DNA from: Armatimonadota bacterium
Lineage (GTDB): Bacteria; Armatimonadota; SYMT01
Direction: 5' to 3'
Assembly (NCBI GenBank): GCA_046292385.1
Contig: JBKBRF010000001.1
Span: forward strand, 95,305 to 159,304
DNA length: 64,000 bases
Positions 21,301 to 28,836 of this stretch are shown piece after piece (positions within the stretch are counted from its first letter, which is position 1; every line of letters starts with the position of its first letter). Position numbers and translations under genes: made by a program. The notes beneath the pieces are model-generated. The model had not been told where the DNA came from, ran no database searches, and was given only the letters and a program-made list of their open reading frames with translations.

Positions 21301-21582
21301 CTGCACCATCACCATGGAGCTGCCTTCCATGGTCGTGGAGCTGATCTGCGAGACGTTGGGAACCGTGCCGACCGACTCTTCGATCGGCCGCGTCACCTGG
21401 GCCTCGATCTCCGCGGGCGGGACATTCGGCCAGGTGGTCACCACCGAGACGATCGGGATCGCCATCCCGGGCAGCAGATCGACCGGCAGCCGGGTAACGC
21501 AGATGGCGCCGAAGACGACCAGCGCCAGGATGCGCATGGTTACGGCGACGGGGCGGGAAACCGCGATCTCGGCGAGCTTCAT
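18388..21582 (-). CDS. RND efflux transporter permease (AcrB/AcrD/AcrF family)
   Basis: 1064 aa; RPVAV N-terminus, GLIVDDAVVVLENI, KNGILLVDY, RLRPILMT motifs. Confidence 0.95.
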   Translation of the reverse strand: MKLAEIAVSRPVAVTMRILALVVFGAICVTRLPVDLLPGMAIPIVSVVTTWPNVPPAEIEAQVTRPIEESVGTVPNVSQISSTTMEGSSMVMVQFNWGTSVDQAAVDVLQAIQTARASFPNDPLLQVPSVYKFRASALPILILAVSGEMESVRLGTLLRDEIAPLLESANGVAAAAVTGAPQRAIVVEVDRDRLVARKQSLSGIINRIGQENINLPGGITRQSDSEFRLRTVGWFKDLKQLADLPLGSTNGQVVALRDVAHVEEGTPELRSFARLNGKPAAGLVITKQSAANTITTVEAVMEKVRQIERTYPELKFSVASDQSGFIADSVADVRDNALLGGALAVVILLFFLRSVRSTIVVALSIPISIISTFALFYLCGFSLNTMSLGGLSLATGLIVDDAVVVLENIFRHMERDHRPAAEAAVTGTSEIAVATISSTLTIMVVFLPLLLVQGMAGQLFMQFALVVAFSLAVSLLDALSIVPMMMARFKARPPEEEAAETPRGPLQVLFRGFDRFLTGLEANYSAILRWALAHRPWVLGGIVAATAASAGLGQFIPVEMMPATDTGNFTVNVKMPVGTALARTDRVMQRVEKTLLQHPAVESAFCSVGAPLTLMGTSPSEDSNVGAVMVMLKEQRHQTTKQVTRELERQLSDIPGARISLVPMDLISQIANGGDAGLEFDLYGQDLDTLGQLAEEVLRRVQSIPGCSSAELGWEQAKPELQWAVDREKAAEMGISYSDIGRTLESATGGTIASYFQEAGLQHPIIVRLREAQRTTADELVNLPLSPDLPVELASTAGAAPAFVRLGQVAQPEYGFGPTQITRQNRQRYVSVTVHSTDRPATEIQKDINKALAGLQLPKGYHWEWGLQQRQALQEAASLGFAIILALALIYMLLAAQFESLIHPFTILLTVPLASLGVTLALFFSGRSMGLMTFIGILMLIGIAVKNGILLVDYTNLLREQGMARREALLTAAPTRLRPILMTASAAMLGMLPLALGIGKGAELQASMATAVVGGLFSSTLLTLVVVPVVYSLFDEAAEYLTRRRQQAQVAPELPADRRGPRGR

Positions 21583-23165
21583 AGCTCACCTACATCGTTC
21601 GAGACCCGGACCTTCTCGCCATCGCGGATGCGGGTCGCCGCGGTCACGATCACGGAGTCTCCCGGCCGGAGCCCCCGAGTGATGATGTAGTTGCTTCCGT
21701 CCGTCGGCCCCAGCGTAACGGTCCGCCGCCGGGCGACGCTCTCCCGGTCGACCACCAGCACGGTGGCGCCGGTCGAGCTCCGCTCCACCGCCTCTCTCGG
21801 CACGAGGGTGCGGGAGCGTGCCGCCTGCGTCACGAGAGAGACGCGCGCGAACATCCCGGGCCGGAGCGAGCGATCCGGTTTCTCGACCTGCACCCGGACC
21901 TGAAACTGGTGGCTGGCGGCGCTGGAGGCGGGATTGACCTGCACCACCGTCCCGCGGAGCTGGCGTCCGCCCAGGGCATCCACTCGCACCGTCGCGAGCT
22001 GGCCCACCCGGATACTGCGGCTCGCTTCTTCCGGAATGCCCGCGGTGACCCAGACACGGTCCACCGCCTGCAGGGTCAGGATCGACTGCCCCGGAGTAAC
22101 CATCGCGCCGGGGTGCAGGGCTCGCTCCGTGACGTAGCCGTCGATCGGCGATTTGAGTACGGTGAGCGCCTGCCGCTCCCGCGCATCCGAGACTCCCGCG
22201 CGCGCCACGTCGACCGAAGACTGAAGGGCGGCAAGGTTCTCCCGGAACGCGGCGGACTGTTCGGTGGAGGCCTCGGCGTCCTTCAACGCCTCCTCCGCCT
22301 GCTCTACCCCAGCCTGCGCGCTTACTATCGCCGCCTCCCCGTTCGCGCGGGCGAGCCGGACGTGCGCTTCCGCGGACTGTCTACCGGAGCGCGCCGCGTC
22401 GAGCGCGGCCCTGGCGCCCTGGACGCGGGCCTTCGCCTCGTCGAGCGCCGCCTTCCGGGCGATGAAGGCGGTGCGCGCGCCTTCCAGCTCTGCCCCGGCC
22501 AGGAAGCCGCGCGAGTAGAGGCTCCTGGCTCGCTCGAGGTCGGACCGGCTCTTCGCCAGGTCGGCCTCCGCGCTCTTCACGGCGGCAGTGGCGGTGAGAA
22601 CGTTCGACTCAGCGCTCGTAACCTGGTCTTGCGCCTGGTTGACGGCCAGGTTCGCGTCGGCGAGCTGCTCCGTCGAGCTCTCGCGCGCCCGGCGGAGCTC
22701 CGCGTGAGCGGCCCGAACCGCCGCCTGCTGCTCCCGCACCCGCGCGGTGAGGGCGACGTCGTTTGAGTGCTGCGACAGCCGGGCCTGGGTCAGGCGGTGC
22801 CGCGCTTCGGCGGCACCCGCTTCCTGCTGCCGGACCTGGGCCTGCACTTCCCGCGGATCCAGCCGTACCAGCACCTCGCCGCGGCGGACGTGGTCGCCTT
22901 CCCGCGCCTGGAGGAAGTCGATCCTCCCCGGCACCTGGGAAGCAATTCCAACGGTGAACTGCGACTCGACCGTGCCGACTGCCTCCACGGTGTGCCGGAC
23001 CTCGCCGCGGTGAGCCCGGGCGACCTCCACCAGCGGAGCGGTGCGGAGCGCCACGGCATGCGCCGCCTGCAGCGACTTCTTTTCGACCCAGATCGAGCGA
23101 AAGCGAACCGCCAGCGCGCCGCAGAACGCCGCGACGACCAGCACCAGTACCAGAATGCGCCCCAT
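21579..23165 (-). CDS. RND periplasmic adaptor (membrane fusion protein) with very long alpha-helical hairpin
   Basis: N-terminal TM helix, lipoyl halves (GRIDFLQAREGDHVRRGEVL; LKSPIDGYV), LRPGMF; stop overlaps the RND ATG (ATGA). Start is 23165 or 23240. Confidence 0.92.
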   Translation of the reverse strand: MGRILVLVLVVAAFCGALAVRFRSIWVEKKSLQAAHAVALRTAPLVEVARAHRGEVRHTVEAVGTVESQFTVGIASQVPGRIDFLQAREGDHVRRGEVLVRLDPREVQAQVRQQEAGAAEARHRLTQARLSQHSNDVALTARVREQQAAVRAAHAELRRARESSTEQLADANLAVNQAQDQVTSAESNVLTATAAVKSAEADLAKSRSDLERARSLYSRGFLAGAELEGARTAFIARKAALDEAKARVQGARAALDAARSGRQSAEAHVRLARANGEAAIVSAQAGVEQAEEALKDAEASTEQSAAFRENLAALQSSVDVARAGVSDARERQALTVLKSPIDGYVTERALHPGAMVTPGQSILTLQAVDRVWVTAGIPEEASRSIRVGQLATVRVDALGGRQLRGTVVQVNPASSAASHQFQVRVQVEKPDRSLRPGMFARVSLVTQAARSRTLVPREAVERSSTGATVLVVDRESVARRRTVTLGPTDGSNYIITRGLRPGDSVIVTAATRIRDGEKVRVSNDVGEL

Positions 23166-23545
23166 GAAGTTGGCCCCGTGTGTGGATGGTCGCCGCCGAA
23201 GGGGAGGTTCGGGGACGGTCAGCTCTCCGGTGAAATGCACGCGGCGCCGAGGGCCGGCCGTTCAAGGGGAGCAGAACAGGCCGTGCGGCGAGCGTAAGCC
23301 GGCCGGCGAGTCGGCGAAGGGGATCTTGTTCCAAGCGGGGACCAGCGTAAGCCAGATACTGGAGGGGGAGTCACATGCGCCCGACTTAACTCTGGGGTGC
23401 CCGGCACTCAGTTTGGCCAACCGCTCCAGGTTTCCCTGCTCAAACTTCGAACGGGCTCAGGTGACGGCACCCAGGCCGGCGCGGTGCAGAGGCGCTTCCC
23501 GGGCGAGGCGCGCTCTTTGCATCGGCCCGGCCTGGCGGGAGGCGC

Positions 23546-26131
23546 TCAGAGGCGTCTCGCCTTCAGCCACTCCCACGCCTTCATCAGACCCTCCACCCCG
23601 CGGCTCGCTCCTTCGATCCCCAGCGCCTGCAGGATGGCGGGCATCATCTCGTTGCCGATCGGGCTGCCGGGAATGAAGGTGACGCGCGGGTCCCGCTTGT
23701 ACTGCTCCAGCGCGGCATCGTCCAGGACGAAGTACGGGCCTTCCTGCAGGTGTGCCTCGTAGTCGGGATCTTCCGCTCGCCCGATCAGGAAGGTTGGCTT
23801 TCCCTTCAGGCGCACTACCACCTCCCAGAGGTGATCCGCCTGCCAGACGTCCGCGAACCCCTTGAAGTGGCCCAGCGTGCCGGCCATCGTGACGCCTTCG
23901 CCCGCAATCACCCGCACGGGGTAGCTCTCGGTCCAGTGCTCGACCTGCGCGGGGACGAGGGAGACCCGCGCCGTGGCGACCGGCACGCCCAGGACGTCGA
24001 TCCGCTCCCGCGCGGCGATCCCGATCCCCCGGGCGGCAGCGGCGCGGGGGAAGCTCATGGCGGCGCCGTCGAACCCGGAGAGGTCTCCCGCCACGACGTC
24101 GAGCGCCACCGGGTCGTCCGAAGCCAGGATGCAGCCGACCCAGCGGCCCCGGGTGGCGACGGGGCCGTTGCCCTCTCCGGCGATCAGCGCGTCCATCATC
24201 GCGAGGTCCGGGCGCGTGACGGTGAGGAGGTCCGCCACCGTCTCCTGCACGCAGTCCCGGTGCAGGCGGTGCATGGTATCCTGGCGGGCCGCGCCGACCC
24301 ACAGCTTGAGCGCGCCGGTGATCGGGTCCAGGAAGTGAGTCTTCAGCTTGGGGCAGGCGATCACCACGTCGGCTTCCAGCAGCGGCTTCGGCACCGGGAT
24401 GCGGTGGATCAATCGGCCGAGCGGCACCTCTACCTCCACCTGCTCCACCTCATCGAAGTAGACCGGCTCCGCTCCCGCGGCGCGTGCTGCGGCCTCCATC
24501 CCGGTAACCTGCATCACCTCGCGGGTGACCTGCCCGCAGGAGCTGCACTCGCCGACCTGCACCACCGCCGCTCCCGCCTCGCGCGCGATCCTCGCGAGCG
24601 CCGCCACCACCCGGGGGTCGGTGGTCACGCCGCTGCTGGCCACCCGCCACATGGTGAGGTTCGGCTTGATCAGGACCGTTTGCCCGCTCCGGATGAACCG
24701 CTCCAGGCCGCCGAGGGGCCGGAGGGCCTCCCGGACGAGCTGCTCTACCCCGGCGTCGTCGAGCGCCTCGTCCGTGGTACGGGAGATGGCGACCTGCGCC
24801 CGCTCCGGGAGCGGGGGGCGCTCCGCAACCGCGTGCTGGGGTTTCGGAACGATGCGGGGTAGGGGAGGCGGCGCGTCGGTCGCCGCCTGCAGCGAGAAGA
24901 CGGCGCTCCCCGGCACGAGCGGCTCCGAGCCGAACTGCTGGATCAGCTCCCGGTACGCCTCTCCCACTGGCCGGAGCCGGCGGTCCAGGTCGAAGAGTCC
25001 CAGCGGGTTGACGACGCCGCGGTTCAGCGCCAGTCCGCTGTCCCAGTCGACCTGATCGACGAGCGAGTACCAGGTGAAGCCGATCACCGGCACCCCTTGC
25101 CGGCGCAGGTCCCGGACGTTGAAGAACTCCTTCCACAGCCAGCGCGGCGCCTGGTCCACGTCCCGGACATTCGTCTCCGTGTGCATCACCGGCCGGCGGT
25201 AGCGGTCGAAGTACTGCCGGGTGATGACGGACCAGCCGAACACTTCCCCCGCCGGCCGGATGTCGCCCCCCGGCGCGACGATGTGCTCGTTCGTCTGGTA
25301 GTAGTCGTTGCCCATCACGATGCGGTCGGAGAGCTCGTGGCGCATGAACCACTGAAGCTCCTCGCGAGGCATCCCGTGGTCGAGCAGATAGAGGCCCAGC
25401 TCCGTGGAGGGTGGGACGGAGTAGAGCAGGTCGAAGGAGAGAAAGCGGCGCTCGTTCTCCCACTCCGCCCTCCGCACCATCTCGGGATCGGCGCAGCCGA
25501 GGTGGAAGTACTCCGCGCTCTCGCTCTGGATGAAGATGGCGTCCGGCCGCACCCTCAGGATCTCCCGCACCGCGAGCAGGTTCGCCCGGCAGAGGTGCCG
25601 CAGCGCCGTCACGAACGCGCGGTCGCTCCTCTCCCGCTCGTTCCAGATCCCATCGAGCGTCGAGAGCTTCGCGCAGGCGTAGATCTCATTCACCGGCGTG
25701 TAGAACCGGACCCACGGGTACCGCGCCGCGAAAACCCCGGCGAAGCGGGCGAAGAGCTCCGGCCAGTCCGGGTTCTGGAAGCTGCCCGCCCAGTCCGGCA
25801 GCCCGAAGTGGCAGAGGTCCGCGATCGGTACGAGGCCGAGGCGCTGCATCTCGCGGAAGACCAGGTCGGTAAACTCCCAGTCGTATCGCTCCGGCTCCGC
25901 GTGGACCCGGTAGTAGGGCGGGCCATACCGCAGGAAGCGCAGCCCCAGCTCCCGGACGAGGGCGAGATCGGTCTGCCAGTGCCGGTAGTGGAAGGTCTTC
26001 TCCAGCTCGTCCACCCGGACGCTGCGCCCGTGCGGCCCCGCGACGGTGGGATAGCTGCACTCGATGCCGGTCGAGAAGAGAAACCGGGAAGGGGCCGCCT
26101 CCGCGAGCGCCTCCATGACGGGAGTAGCCAT
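23546..26131 (-). CDS. Fusion protein: GH1-like glycoside hydrolase domain + DUF362 domain
   Basis: N-half TGIECS, DLCHFGLP, TPVNE, HTETN, GFTWYSLVDQVDW; Pro-rich linker; C-half LIKPN, GVTTDP, CPKLKTH, GEGNGP, DPVALD. Confidence 0.82.
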   Translation of the reverse strand: MATPVMEALAEAAPSRFLFSTGIECSYPTVAGPHGRSVRVDELEKTFHYRHWQTDLALVRELGLRFLRYGPPYYRVHAEPERYDWEFTDLVFREMQRLGLVPIADLCHFGLPDWAGSFQNPDWPELFARFAGVFAARYPWVRFYTPVNEIYACAKLSTLDGIWNERERSDRAFVTALRHLCRANLLAVREILRVRPDAIFIQSESAEYFHLGCADPEMVRRAEWENERRFLSFDLLYSVPPSTELGLYLLDHGMPREELQWFMRHELSDRIVMGNDYYQTNEHIVAPGGDIRPAGEVFGWSVITRQYFDRYRRPVMHTETNVRDVDQAPRWLWKEFFNVRDLRRQGVPVIGFTWYSLVDQVDWDSGLALNRGVVNPLGLFDLDRRLRPVGEAYRELIQQFGSEPLVPGSAVFSLQAATDAPPPLPRIVPKPQHAVAERPPLPERAQVAISRTTDEALDDAGVEQLVREALRPLGGLERFIRSGQTVLIKPNLTMWRVASSGVTTDPRVVAALARIAREAGAAVVQVGECSSCGQVTREVMQVTGMEAAARAAGAEPVYFDEVEQVEVEVPLGRLIHRIPVPKPLLEADVVIACPKLKTHFLDPITGALKLWVGAARQDTMHRLHRDCVQETVADLLTVTRPDLAMMDALIAGEGNGPVATRGRWVGCILASDDPVALDVVAGDLSGFDGAAMSFPRAAAARGIGIAARERIDVLGVPVATARVSLVPAQVEHWTESYPVRVIAGEGVTMAGTLGHFKGFADVWQADHLWEVVVRLKGKPTFLIGRAEDPDYEAHLQEGPYFVLDDAALEQYKRDPRVTFIPGSPIGNEMMPAILQALGIEGASRGVEGLMKAWEWLKARRL

Positions 26132-26830
26132 CTAGGGGTGCCTCCGCTCGAGGGCATCGAATACCTCGGACAGCGCCAGACCGTAGATCACGTGTCCGGC
26201 GACCAGCATCCAGGTGCGCTCCGGCGGCTCTTCCGTCGGGGTGCCCATCAGTCCCATCTTCGGGACCAGCAGCGCGGGGCCGACTCCGTAGACGAGGAGG
26301 CCGAAGCCCCCGCCGAAGACGCCGGGATGCAGCCGGTAGCTCGACTGAAGAAGACCATAGAGGATGCCCCAGGTCGAGCCGTACGCGAAGTGGGTGGCCA
26401 GGCCGAGCGGCCGGACGTGGCGGCTGATGTCCCGGTTGAAGACCCCCGACGCGAGCTTGAAGGCGAACTGCTCCGCCAGTCCTTCCGGGCCGGGCCCCTG
26501 CGGCTGCGTCAGCGCGCCGGCTGGCTGCGTGGCCGGGGGCCCCCCCGCCGGCTTGCCGCCGCAACCAGGCGGGCTCTGATAGGCGGCGGGGGACTGAGAG
26601 CGCTCCTGCCACTCCCGCACCTGCCCCGGATCGTGGGGGTTTTCGGGCAGCGGCGGTTTCCCACTCCCCGGATCGTCCTCCGGCCTCTCCCGTTCATTCC
26701 ACAGCCCGGGAAGGACCCGGGACAACCCGGAGAGCAGCAGCGTGGCCACGAAGCCCGCCGCCGCTCCCCGAGCCATCACCTGTACGGGAGTGAGCCCCTG
26801 GGCTTCCTCCGCGCCGCTGGTTACCGCCAT
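26132..26830 (-). CDS. Membrane protein (DUF1440/DUF6789-like) with Pro/Gly-rich loop
   Basis: GAAAGFVAT, HFAYGSTWGILYG, GHVIYG helices; RBS GGAGGTG before ATG 26830; stop abuts the next ATG. Confidence 0.75.
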   Translation of the reverse strand: MAVTSGAEEAQGLTPVQVMARGAAAGFVATLLLSGLSRVLPGLWNERERPEDDPGSGKPPLPENPHDPGQVREWQERSQSPAAYQSPPGCGGKPAGGPPATQPAGALTQPQGPGPEGLAEQFAFKLASGVFNRDISRHVRPLGLATHFAYGSTWGILYGLLQSSYRLHPGVFGGGFGLLVYGVGPALLVPKMGLMGTPTEEPPERTWMLVAGHVIYGLALSEVFDALERRHP

Positions 26831-26860
26831 CTTCACCTCCCTCTCGGGTAGCGCCCGCGG

Positions 26861-27292
26861 TCAGGCCTCGACCGTCTCTCGAGCCTCACTCAAGCGCGCC
26901 AGCGCCAGGGCGCCGAGCGACAAACCGAAATCGCGGAGGGCGACATCGAAGTAGCCGGGGATCAGGAGCAGGTTGAGCACGATCGCCCAGAGCCAGAGGG
27001 CGACCACGTAGCCGCCGATCCGCGGCTTGAAGGCTACCAGCAGCCCCGCAGCGATCTCGATGACCCCCACCGCGAGCATGAACGTGTGTGAATACCCACC
27101 CAGCAGCCGCGCCACAAACGGGGAGAGAAACTGGTCCCAGTTGACGAGCCAGTGAGTGAACTTGTCGATCCCCGCGACGATCGGCAGCAGGGTAAAGCCG
27201 ACGTGGAGGATCTGATAGGCCTGGTAGGCCGGATCACGGGCTTCCGCACGGGTGCCCCGGGTCCCCGGCCGGGGCTGCACGATCTGCGTCAT
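26861..27292 (-). CDS. DoxX-like membrane protein
   Basis: PIVAGIDKF..W..FL, GVIEIAAG, YFDVALRD; RBS GAGGAGG before ATG 27292. Confidence 0.82.
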   Translation of the reverse strand: MTQIVQPRPGTRGTRAEARDPAYQAYQILHVGFTLLPIVAGIDKFTHWLVNWDQFLSPFVARLLGGYSHTFMLAVGVIEIAAGLLVAFKPRIGGYVVALWLWAIVLNLLLIPGYFDVALRDFGLSLGALALARLSEARETVEA

Positions 27293-27373
27293 GGCTTCTC
27301 GCCTCCTCGCAGGTTCCGCGTCCGGGTCAGCGCCAAGCTCGTGTCGGCTAGTACCCCCGCGCACCTGCGGCCA

Positions 27374-27401
27374 GAAAAGAGGAAGATCATATCCTCTTTT
27401 C
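27374..27401. promoter_or_regulatory. Palindromic operator 1 (probable Rrf2 site) overlapping a -10-like TATGAT of the leftward operon
   Basis: GAAAAGAGGA-agatcata-TCCTCTTTTC, a perfect 10-bp inverted repeat with an 8-nt spacer. Confidence 0.7.
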
Positions 27402-27587
27402 CGGAGTGTTCCACCGCCCACGCCGAGCTAAACCTCTGCGAAGCGCCGGGAATCACCCGCGGGGTGGATCTGCTTCGGTGTGGTTACCGGGTCCGCAGGA
27501 GAGAGCGGGAGTAATAGTCGCGGGCGCCAGTGGTAAATAGACGTAGACGGCACCCCCGGGATGGGTGCGGACTGGAATGGGGGAAAC

Positions 27588-28022
27588 GTGAACTGGACCC
27601 AGACCGATGATCATGCGCTGCGCGTGCTGGTCGATGTCGCCGCGCACCCGGACGCGCCCATCCGGGAGATTGGAGACCGGACCGCGATTCCGAGCGCTCT
27701 CGTCGCCAAAGTGGTACAGGCACTGGCTCGCGCCTCACTCGTGGAGACCACTCGCGGCCGGGGCGGTGGGGTGCGCCTGGCGCGCGATCCGGCGGCAATC
27801 AGCTTGCTGGACGTAGTAGAGGCGATCCAGGGGCCGCTCTGCTTCCTCCGGTGCCCCCGCCGGGGGAAGGGCTGTCCGCAGGACACCGACTGTGCCGTCT
27901 ATCGGCTCAGCCTGGAGCTGCAAGAATCGCTGGCGGCCCGGCTCCAGCGGGTCCGCATCGCGGACCTGGCGCATAGCTGCAGCACCCGAGTACAGCCGCC
28001 CGAGCCTCCTCCGCAGCGATGA
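27588..28022 (+). CDS. Rrf2-family transcriptional regulator with Cys cluster (probable Fe-S sensor)
   Basis: DHALRVL, RGRGGGVRLAR, ISLLDVVEAIQG, C-x3-C-x6-C-x5-C; start GTG 27588 (or ATG 27561). Confidence 0.92.
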   Translation: MNWTQTDDHALRVLVDVAAHPDAPIREIGDRTAIPSALVAKVVQALARASLVETTRGRGGGVRLARDPAAISLLDVVEAIQGPLCFLRCPRRGKGCPQDTDCAVYRLSLELQESLAARLQRVRIADLAHSCSTRVQPPEPPPQR

Positions 28023-28099
28023 CCTCCCCAAAGCTCCCGTCCTGACTGAGAGCCCATCATCCAGGTTTAGGGGGCCGCGGCTGTGGGAAAATGCGGCCC

Positions 28100-28125
28100 A
28101 ATTGAGGAATGAAATGTCCTCAATT
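28100..28125. promoter_or_regulatory. Palindromic operator 2 (probable Rrf2 site)
   Basis: AATTGAGGA-atgaaatg-TCCTCAATT, a perfect 9-bp inverted repeat with an 8-nt spacer and the same core as operator 1. Confidence 0.7.
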
Positions 28126-28227
28126 AGTTCCTGCCATCCGTGTCGCAGCGGTGTCACGCGCCGTCCGGGGGATCAACCGTCGGCGGAGAACCGGCGCGGA
28201 CACTCAGGTCACGCAAGGAGGCGAGAG

Positions 28228-28821
28228 ATGGGTCGCCGGCAGCTTGTCCGCTACGTTCTGGCCGTCCTGGTGGCGACCGTCCTCCTGCTCACGCCCGGTA
28301 ACGAGGCGCACAGCCAGCGAGAGTATGTCCGGCTTCTCCGCCCCAAAACGCTGAAGCAGCTCAGCGTCAACATGGTCGAGCTGGTGAACGAGCTGCCCCG
28401 GCTCGACAAGCAGAACGAAGCGATCGTGGGGCGCCTCTTCGCCCACGGGGGGCTCGACAAAGCAGAGCGTGGAAAGGATGGCGTCTGGCGGGCGAAGATC
28501 CGCGTGGAGCCGGCGTCGTTCCTCTGGAAGCCGGCGATCATCATGATGCGCGAGGAGGGCGAGTTGGAGCTGGAGTTCTCCAACAAGGATCCCTATACGC
28601 ATCACGCGGCGTACCTGCCGAGTAACGGGGACCAGGTGGTCCTCACCTTCGCCCCGGGGCAACGCGGTCGAGCCCGTATCCGGCTCGACGGTCCCGGCCT
28701 CTACTGGTTTGGCTGCCCGATCTCCAACCATGCCGGGCGCGGCATGCTCGGGCTGATTCTCGTCAGCGGTGAGGTTCCTGCGGAAGCAAAGCTCGATCGA
28801 CCGAAGCAGAAAAGACCTTGA
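28228..28821 (+). CDS. Secreted cupredoxin-like PQQ-associated protein (MSMEG_3727-like)
   Basis: RBS AAGGAGG, signal peptide, type-1 copper-like ligand set H...C-x4-H-x4-M (THHAAYLPSNG; YWFGCPISNHAGRGM); directly upstream of the PQQ dehydrogenase. Confidence 0.82.
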   Translation: MGRRQLVRYVLAVLVATVLLLTPGNEAHSQREYVRLLRPKTLKQLSVNMVELVNELPRLDKQNEAIVGRLFAHGGLDKAERGKDGVWRAKIRVEPASFLWKPAIIMMREEGELELEFSNKDPYTHHAAYLPSNGDQVVLTFAPGQRGRARIRLDGPGLYWFGCPISNHAGRGMLGLILVSGEVPAEAKLDRPKQKRP

Positions 28822-28836
28822 TTCTGGAGGCGTCAG

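Noticed and set aside
27892..28227. N-terminal extension of the 309-aa ORF
   Set aside because: It overlaps rrf2 and the operator; RBS and signal peptide point to ATG 28228.
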